Shown here: positions 54,849-64,000 of the stretch, piece by piece
Layout of the letters: every line of letters starts with the position of its first letter
Position numbering within the stretch: position 1 is the first letter of the stretch
Assembly (NCBI RefSeq): GCF_009914755.1
Contig: NC_060930.1
Reading direction: 5' to 3' (one strand)
Length of the DNA: 64,000 bases
Source of the DNA: the human T2T-CHM13v2.0 reference genome, Homo sapiens
The notes under the pieces: generated by a model
The model's database searches: none
Seen by the model: the letters and a program-made list of their open reading frames with translations, nothing else
What the model was told of the DNA's origin: nothing
Program-made: the position numbers and the translations under genes

Positions 54849-55141
54849 ACAGAAAACTATTGATTACCTTTTTTTGTGGGCTATGATTTTCAGATAGGAA
54901 TATTAAGGAGTAAGTGGGGAAAATTGCTTAGAGCCAGGGCTACAAGGCCTGGAAGAAAAGGGACTGAAAAGCTGAGAGGGGAACTGGCACAGAGAAAGGG
55001 GTGAGGATGGAGAGGGTAGAATGCAAAGAGTAAGGACCTGAAGAGGCTGAGATTTGGCTGAAGAGGGACAACCTGAATAGAGAAACCTTCCAACTGCATG
55101 TTCTTAGGAACTAATTACAGTCAGAAAGGAGCAAAGACTCC

Positions 55142-55448
55142 TTTTTTTTTTTTTTTGTCAGAGTCTCACTGTCGCCCAGGCTGGAGTGCAGTGACACAAT
55201 CTCGGCTCACTGCAGCATCCACCTTCCCAGCCAAGCAATTCTCTGGCCTCAGCCTCCGGAGTAGCTGGGAATACAGGCATACGCCACCACACCTGGCAAA
55301 TTTTTTGTATTTTTAATAGAGACGGGGTTTCACCATGTTGGCCAGGCTGGCCGGCCAGGCTGGTACTGAACTCCTGACCTCAAGTGATCCACCCACCTTG
55401 GCCTCCCAAAGTGCTGTGATTACAGGCATGAGCCACTGCCCCCAGCCA
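55142..55448 (-). mobile_element. Alu
   Basis: Reverse dimer; TSD about AAAGACTCCT. Confidence 0.9.
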
Positions 55449-56007
55449 GGAGACGAAAAGACTCCTAAAATATCTCCTGGTTATGTTTAGGAACATATTC
55501 CAAAAGGTTCTAAAAAGAGATGTGCCTTAAAGATTCATATGTATATTGTAAATTTTCAACTCCATATTTTCTAGATGTCCCCAACATCCCCACAACAGCC
55601 CGTCAACACCCTGCCCAGGTGACCAAGTACACCAGTGCAACAGGGCTGGTTCCTGCCTGCTTGCCCTTGCTTAACTGTGACCTAGTGACCTCCTCCCATC
55701 TTTTGATCTTTATTCCTCTAGTTCACTTCCTTTGTCACTATCTCTCCACCCACACCTACTTGCCTTAATCACCTTAACAGCAAAGGCTGAATTATTGTAA
55801 ACAAAAGGAGTCTGTCTTTTTAGTGCATGGGTCCCCAAGTATGTATATATGAATATGCAATGAACCCCAGGATACTAAGCTTCACTTAAGGATTTTTTCC
55901 TACAAGGACTCAGCTGTCACATTTGGGGGCATTTTGTTTTGTTTTGTGAATGTTTAACCAAGCTAATGGAGGAACTATTGGTACAATGAACTCAAAAAAT
56001 GTACAGG

Positions 56008-56155
56008 ATCAGCAGGGCATAGTGGCTCACGCCTGTAATTTCAGCACTTTGAGAGGCTGAGTTGGGAGGATCACTTGAGCCCAAAAGTTCAAGATCAGAC
56101 TGGGAAACATAGTGAGACTTCATCTCTAAAAAATTAAAATAAAATAAAATAAATA
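56008..56155 (+). mobile_element. Alu monomer (FLAM-like)
   Basis: Left-arm motifs plus (TAAAA)n. Confidence 0.8.
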
Positions 56156-56879
56156 CAAGGAAAAAAGAAAAATGTACTGGATTGAGGGGAAAAATTTATG
56201 ATGCAAACAGAAGAGCATTTATGATTGAAGTGAGAGAAGGATAATGGGGGAGGATGGTGAAAGAACATCAATCTAAATTTATATTTAAATTTACATGAAT
56301 CCAGTGCAGGCGGCATCTCAGGGGAGGGAGGAGTCTATTTTTCTGTTGATTTCCTGGGCTAAATTCCTGACTGACTCATTGCTGAAAGTAAATAACATAT
56401 TATTATAGTTGAAAGATTTTTTTTTAGTGTAGTGATTTCAAACTGTGCTCATTTATATGCAACCCATGAACGCCTCCCTTCTCCTATGTCTCCTTTTGAG
56501 TTGTAGGGCCAGTTTGAAGCTTTATATATCATTTACCAAACTTAGGGTGGTGAGTGGGTGCTGATGGCAGCCTGGTTTGAAAATCTCCACTGGAGAGAAG
56601 ACACAGCAGGATTCAGATGCAAATGACCAGAGCACTCCAAGTTGGAAAGAACTGCTGAGCGGGTCTGTAGAGCCCATCGCTCTCTCCTGTCTATTCATCA
56701 GCTAGGCTGAAGCTCCTGACAGACTCACACCAGTATCTTGCTGCTCCAGAAAGGTCGAAGATGGCAGTTTTCCCAAACTCCGGCTTGCCCAGATGTCTGC
56801 TCACCCTCATTCTTCTCCAGCTGCCCAAGCTGGTTTCAGATAGGTCTCTCTCTCTGGCCTGCAGAGTTAAAACATCTCA

Positions 56880-57033
56880 ATAAATATAAAGTATAAAAAG
56901 AAGCTGGAGCCCAACCACTTCGGCACATGTTCACAGGATCTCGGGGCTGTGTCACAAGCCACTGGGCACTCATATCTGGCTGAGAATAAATCTCTTGCAA
57001 TATTTTACAGAGTTTGACTCTTTTTGTTTGACA
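56880..57033 (+). mobile_element. MER4-type LTR 3' fragment carrying a poly(A) signal
   Basis: CCAACCACTTCGGCACATGTTC...GCTGTGTCAC...GAGAATAAATCTCTT...TTTTACAGAGTTTGACTCTTTTTGTTTGACA; AATAAA at 56985-56990. Confidence 0.72.
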
Positions 57034-57604
57034 AAATAAATTCAACTCATAACTGCTGAGTTTGGGCTCTGGGCTGTGGAGTTGTCTGGAAATGGGTGCT
57101 GGGCTCCCACTGCTGCCTTTCACTCAAGGCCCCCAGATATAGCAACCATCTCTTAGTATGTAAAGATCTGATCTCAAATCATCAGGAGCTTCCAGGTTAT
57201 TTCATTTTCCTTTTTTTCTCTTCTTTTCACCGATGTTTGACGTCCAGGTTATTTCTAAGGTGACAGAAAGAAGCAGAACACTTTCTTGTGCCTGATTGAT
57301 CAGTTGATGTTTTGTAGGCGATAGGATTCAGATAGTAACAGTCCTCCAGTGCGTCCTTCCCACTCTCATTTTCTTCCTCCTCCTCCTCACATCTCAGCCC
57401 CAGAGGCCTATTGAAGAATTTCTATTCATTTTACAAAGAAGCTCCTGAAATTTTTATGTTAGTTTTGTCTTTTTATTTTCCTCCTTCTTCTTCTTCCTCT
57501 TTTTCTTCTTCCTCTTCTTCTTCTTCACACCACTATACAAAGGAGGAAGTTTAGTTTTGTCTTTTACTTTAAATTACACAAGATTTTTTTTTCTTTCTCT
57601 CTCT

Positions 57605-57750
57605 GTCTCTTTATTATTTTAAATTGTTTGTAGAGATGGAGTCTCGCTATGTTCCCTAAGGCTGGTCTCGAACTCCTTAGTTGGCTCAAGTGATCTTCCT
57701 GCATTGGCCTCCCAAAGTGCTGGGATTACAGGTGTGAGCCACCGTACCCA
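57605..57750 (-). mobile_element. Alu monomer (FLAM-like)
   Basis: Reverse left-arm motifs. Confidence 0.8.
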
Positions 57751-60501
57751 GCTGATTTTCTCTTTAACCTGGCAATGACTCTTGTTTCTGTTTTATTATA
57801 GAATGGAAACTGGCTCGATCTTGTGCAGGTTAGTGGCTGGGCACTGCTCTGGGTGCTGAGATTTAACCTCTGAGGTATCCAAAGACCTAAAATAAGTGGA
57901 AATGAAAAATGCTGATACCCTTTTAGTGATGAACACAGAGATTTTAAGTTGTGGGGAAAAAAAAAAGAAAGAAAGCCTAATACTTCCTTGGAACACAGAG
58001 AGGGGCTTTGGAAGATGGCCAAGAGTCCAGCTTCCTGTGAGATTATCTCACGAGGCATTACAAGCCTGGGCACAGTCAACTCTTAACATCACCCTCTGGC
58101 TGCTGGTGACAGAGGGAGCCTGGGGGAATGGAGACCCCTTAGCAGGCCAAACAGCCCTCCCCCTGAGGAGACCTATCAACTCCTACAGCAGTGCTCTGTT
58201 TCTTAGAAGCAAAAATAGTCCTGTAACCATAACACTCACCAATGGTCAGACTTTTTGTTTCTGTCTTTCTCTCCAGTTGAAGTGACTCTGGACCCAAACA
58301 TAGCCCTCCCTCACCTCTTTCTTTATTAGGATTCAAATCTGTTTGACTGGAAGATTCATGTCAGAAACTGCCTGAAAAACCAGAGAGATGTGACTCCTGG
58401 CCCTGTGTGCTAGGCCTGGAAGCCTTCACCTCGGAGAGACATTACCAGGAAGTGGAGGTGGGAGATGGGAAATAATGGTTGGTTGGAGTCTGTAGGAAGA
58501 ATGTGATGAAGAAAATTCTCCTTGCTCTTAAGAATGGGATCTGGGCTGTGGAGTCATCTGTAAATGGGTACTGGGCCCTCTCCCCACTCAAGACCCTTCT
58601 CTTCTTGTCAGATCCCAGCCCCCTGGTTGAGATTTTCCTGGACTATGAAGCAGGAGGCATCTCCTTCTACAACATGAGTGACAGAACCCCTTATCTATGC
58701 TTTCCCCAAAGGCTCTTTCTCTGGCTCCCTTCAGCCTTTATTCTTCTTGTGGTCATGCGATAAAAAGCCCCTGACCACCTGCCCAATTGTTGATGGACTT
58801 TCAGGAGGTCACAGTCTTGTGAAGCCTGGGGCCTAAGGAGATTCTGTTGTCCAGAATTCAGAAAATTCTGCCTCCAGAAATACAAATATGCTCTTTTCTA
58901 AACAAGTGACAACACAATGTAGCCATAGGCTCCCTTAAGCAGCCACCTCATGTCAACTAATAGTCTTTGCTCTCTAGCCTCTCTCCTCCAAAGTCCATTT
59001 CGTCTCCTGAGGCTTCAGCTATTACTGTCAGACCCTCAGTTACTTCTGATGAACAGGGATTAGGCTTGAGAAAATGGAGATGCATCTAGATTGGCAGATA
59101 TGGGGGACTTCTTAATGTGCTTTTATTGCTGCCTTATCTCTGAAAACAGGTTCTGGGAGTTTGGGAATAAGTCTGAGGGCATATAAAGGATTGAGACTGA
59201 GTGACTTAGGAGTGTGAGAGGAAATATCTTGATGTTGAGAACAGGGTTGATGTGGAGGGGTATTCTCTGTGTTATGCATGTAAAAAGAAAAAAAGGAAAA
59301 AAAAATCATTACTGGGAAAGAAAACACCCCAAGCTGAAGTCCAAGAAAGGTACACAGAGGAAACACAGAAACAGTTGTGTTAGCAGAAGATGACATGAAA
59401 CCCAGCTGACAGTGAAATTAGGAAGTTGCCTTGGAATTTCAAGAACTTGCATTCTCAAGTTTATGGTTCTGTGTCCAACAGAGCAGCAAAATCCAGCACT
59501 TCTTCTTTTGAGTCTCCATATCGTGCTAACAGAAAGACAAGGGGTCGGGAGATGCAGAGATGAGGAGGAGCTCAAGAGTGACAGTGTTGAAGAGATTCTG
59601 AGCAGAACTCCACAGTGATCTGTGTAACTGATATCCAACCCTGATCCCTCCATCGTCTGCCTGTCCAACCCTTGCTTAGATCTCAATGTAACTTCACTTC
59701 ATTGTGTCCAAGAAGTTCTCTGATCTCTTCCCCTGTGGATTTAGCAACCCTCCATTTTAGAGGCATTTTCAGGAATCTTTTTGCAATGCATCATCTCTAT
59801 GAAAGCTCAGCTTCCTGCTCCCCAGGCCGATTTAGCCTAACATCCCTGGGCTACACCACTCCGACAGACATGCTGTCAAATTAGTCACCATCTTTCACAC
59901 AGCCCATCCCCAGCCCACCCTTCACATATACAAAACCTCTTCTACCTACAGATTGTGTTTCTGTAATAGGAATTAGCTCATGTGCTTTTTGTTAATCCTG
60001 GAATTATGACAGCATTATAATGTCGGTGTTCCTTTTACTCATACTCAATTTTCTCCCAAATTAATGTTTTATGCCATTGAGGAAGAGTTATTTGAGTACA
60101 AAATACACCAGTAGCTAAGCTCAGAAAACCACAGAGAAATGCACTAGCATATGTAATGCCTTTTTGCCCCATGGTTTTCCTTTTGGCTTAAAAGAAACAC
60201 AAGACCATAGCTTTGTAGATCACATTTTGTACAAAGATGACAACTTCTCCACCTTTAGCCTGTTGTCACAATGTTAGCCCTTACTCCTGTTGGTGTCCTA
60301 GAGCCAGCCAGCTTGCACCAGTTTAGGAGAGGTGATTGTTAAATTTTCAGGAAAGTAGTGAGCAAAAATCACTCATAGTAGGAGTATTTACACCACAGAA
60401 ATTGCCAAACAATACTAAACAAGGCATTTCTTCCTGCATACGATTTATTAGCCCACCATTGCTTTGTTCCCAAATTCAGCAAACTCATCTTTTTGGTATA
60501 C

Positions 60502-60791
<290 letters not shown>

Positions 60792-62086
60792 AGTATACTT
60801 CTTTCTATTAAGCTACATTCACCTACCTTCAGGTAAAGCCCTACATTTACTATTAAACACGTTTAGTTATTAGGAGTTTGGGTAACTGTGCTAAAAGTAT
60901 TACTATCATTGATGTTTTTATTAGTGTTCTTTTTTTCTCTTTTTAAGGGTTTTTATGGACAATTTGGTGGGCATTAGGGAATGGGTGCTGCTGATTGGTT
61001 GGCTTTATTAGTGTTTTGGAAACAAACCTGCATGGGTTTTTAGTTGTCTAAGCCCAACTCTATTTTTTTGTAAGCCCTGGTGTTTTTGTTGCATGATTTT
61101 GCAGAATTCAAGGTGTTTGTTGTTTTTTTTTTCCAGGAAAATAATATGTTGGGTTATTGCAGAACACATACTTTATTTTCTCTAAAATCCCATAAATGCT
61201 TGGTTCCAGAATTTCAAGCATCGTTTTTTTGTTTTTGTTTTTGTTTTTTTTTAGAGATGAGGAAGTTGAGGCCAAGAAAAGTGAAAGTATTTAGTTAAAA
61301 ACACATAGTAAGTGACTGAGCTGCAAGTAAACCAGTCTCCCAGCTATTCATGCAGTAAAATGACTGAACTACAAATGGGAATGAGAACAGATTAAACTAA
61401 TCTGGAGCCAGAGTTGTCAGAAAGTTCTCTAGGGAAATCCATGAGCATGTCCCCATTGGTTCAAGGATTTCTTATGCAGAGGGAGAGAAATAATGTGATT
61501 TCTCTCACATGAACTCAGGGGCCAACTTTGGATAGAACTGAAAGCTGTACCTGAGAAACAAAGAGAAATATTCCTTCCTCCTTCATTTTATACTATTTCC
61601 AGCACCAAAACCTTTTCTTCTCTCTGCCTGCCCCCTTCCACACAAACTGTCCAACTCCATTCTCATTTCCCCACTGAGGTGGATGCTGTGGTGCCCTGCC
61701 CTGGTCACTCCGTGTTGGACTGAGACACACAATCAACCAGCTGCAGAGAGTGTTGGTGGCTCAGGGCCCTCAGCTGACTCCATACCATGAATTGTTAAAG
61801 AGCCAAAGAGAGCCCTGTTGCCCAAGGTTATTCCACCTCTCAGTGAGTGGACCACATCCAATGACTGGAAAACATAGGTGTAAAGGTCCTGGACCCCTTG
61901 CACAAGGTACACAACTCTGAAGGGTCACCCCAGTTCCAGAGTTCATTGTGAGACTGCATTATATTTCAACTTTTCCTTCTGTCTATCCTCTTTCCTTAAC
62001 TTCCTCAAGGTATTGATGCTGCGGGGCTCTCCAGTGGATGTCCTATAGTCTATTTCTCTGGAACCACCAAAGACAGGGATTCTTAA

Positions 62087-63608
<1,522 letters not shown>

Positions 63609-63925
63609 TAAATGCTAAGTGTTGATAGATATAACTCACATAAATAAAAACTCTCTGGGATTCTCAATTATTTTCAAGAGTATAAGAAGGTCATGAGACC
63701 AAAACATCTGAGAATTGCTGCTCTAAGATAACCAAATCTACCCTGGGAGGAAAAGGCTGAGGTTTTAAAGCACAAGTTATTTTCAAATTATATTTTTAGA
63801 CATTAAACACGTGTGCATGCACGCACACACACACGTAGAGAAGTCAGTGAGAATGGTTAAGTGAGGACTTCTGAAAATCCCTCCCTCCATAAAAGCAGTA
63901 AACACTGGCAAAGATTGGCAGAAAA

Positions 63926-64000
63926 GGCCAGGTGCAGTGGGTCACGCCTGTAATCCCCTGCACTCTGGGAGGCCAAGGCGGGCGAATCAACTGAGGTTGG
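63926..64000 (+). mobile_element. Alu 5' end (runs off the window)
   Basis: GGCCAGGTGCAGTGGGTCACGCCTGTAATCCC. Confidence 0.85.

Larger units (their letters stand above)
56706..58910 (+). pseudogene. BTN1A1P1: BTN1A1-like pseudogene remnant (signal exon plus B30.2 exon only)
   Basis: 56761-56839 encodes MAVFPNSGLPRCLLTLILLQLPKLVS, close to the BTN1A1 leader; donor GT>AT at 56840. From 58277 it encodes [44 protein letters not shown]...GVCRKNVMKK...NGYWALSPL, with stops at 58327, 58344 and 58473 and frameshifts. The symbol is from memory; the BTN1A1 similarity is clear. Confidence 0.8.

Noticed and set aside
58479-58763. 94-aa B30.2-like ORF as a functional stand-alone gene
   Set aside because: Non-ATG start, bounded by an upstream stop and a downstream frameshift; part of the decayed BTN1A1-like exon.

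Overview
Human genomic DNA (Alu/LTR-rich, spliced genes) from the butyrophilin cluster. I recognise it as chr6p22 from the encoded proteins. All genes lie on the + strand, in this order. (1) BTN2A3P, about 1.7-12.4 kb: a BTN2A paralogue whose spliced reading frame is broken by a +1 A in the transmembrane exon and a dead micro-exon donor. (2) BTN3A3, about 20.9-33.8 kb: 9 coding exons that I spliced by hand to 1755 nt, 584 aa. (3) BTN2A1, about 38.3-50.0 kb: 7 coding exons, 1584 nt, 527 aa. (4) A BTN1A1-like remnant at 56.7-58.9 kb with only a signal exon and a decayed B30.2 exon, preceded by an orphan BTN3-type promoter and first exon at 54.2-54.9 kb. The window is a tandem duplication: 1-21.4 kb aligns with 36.5-55.5 kb. 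The most notable observations are four. BTN2A3P is one base from an open full-length ORF, and exon skipping also reopens it. BTN2A3P intron 7 carries an inverted fossil copy of its transmembrane exon. An in-frame ~90-codon tail lies hidden behind the BTN2A1 stop. The orphan promoter keeps intact X/CCAAT boxes, and BTN2A1 could use the BTN1-remnant region plus an LTR poly(A) signal as a B30.2-less terminal exon. Exon boundaries were read by eye from GT/AG sites and checked by frame arithmetic. Repeat family names and percent identities are eye estimates, not database results. No prokaryotic features, CRISPR arrays, rRNA or tRNA genes were seen.
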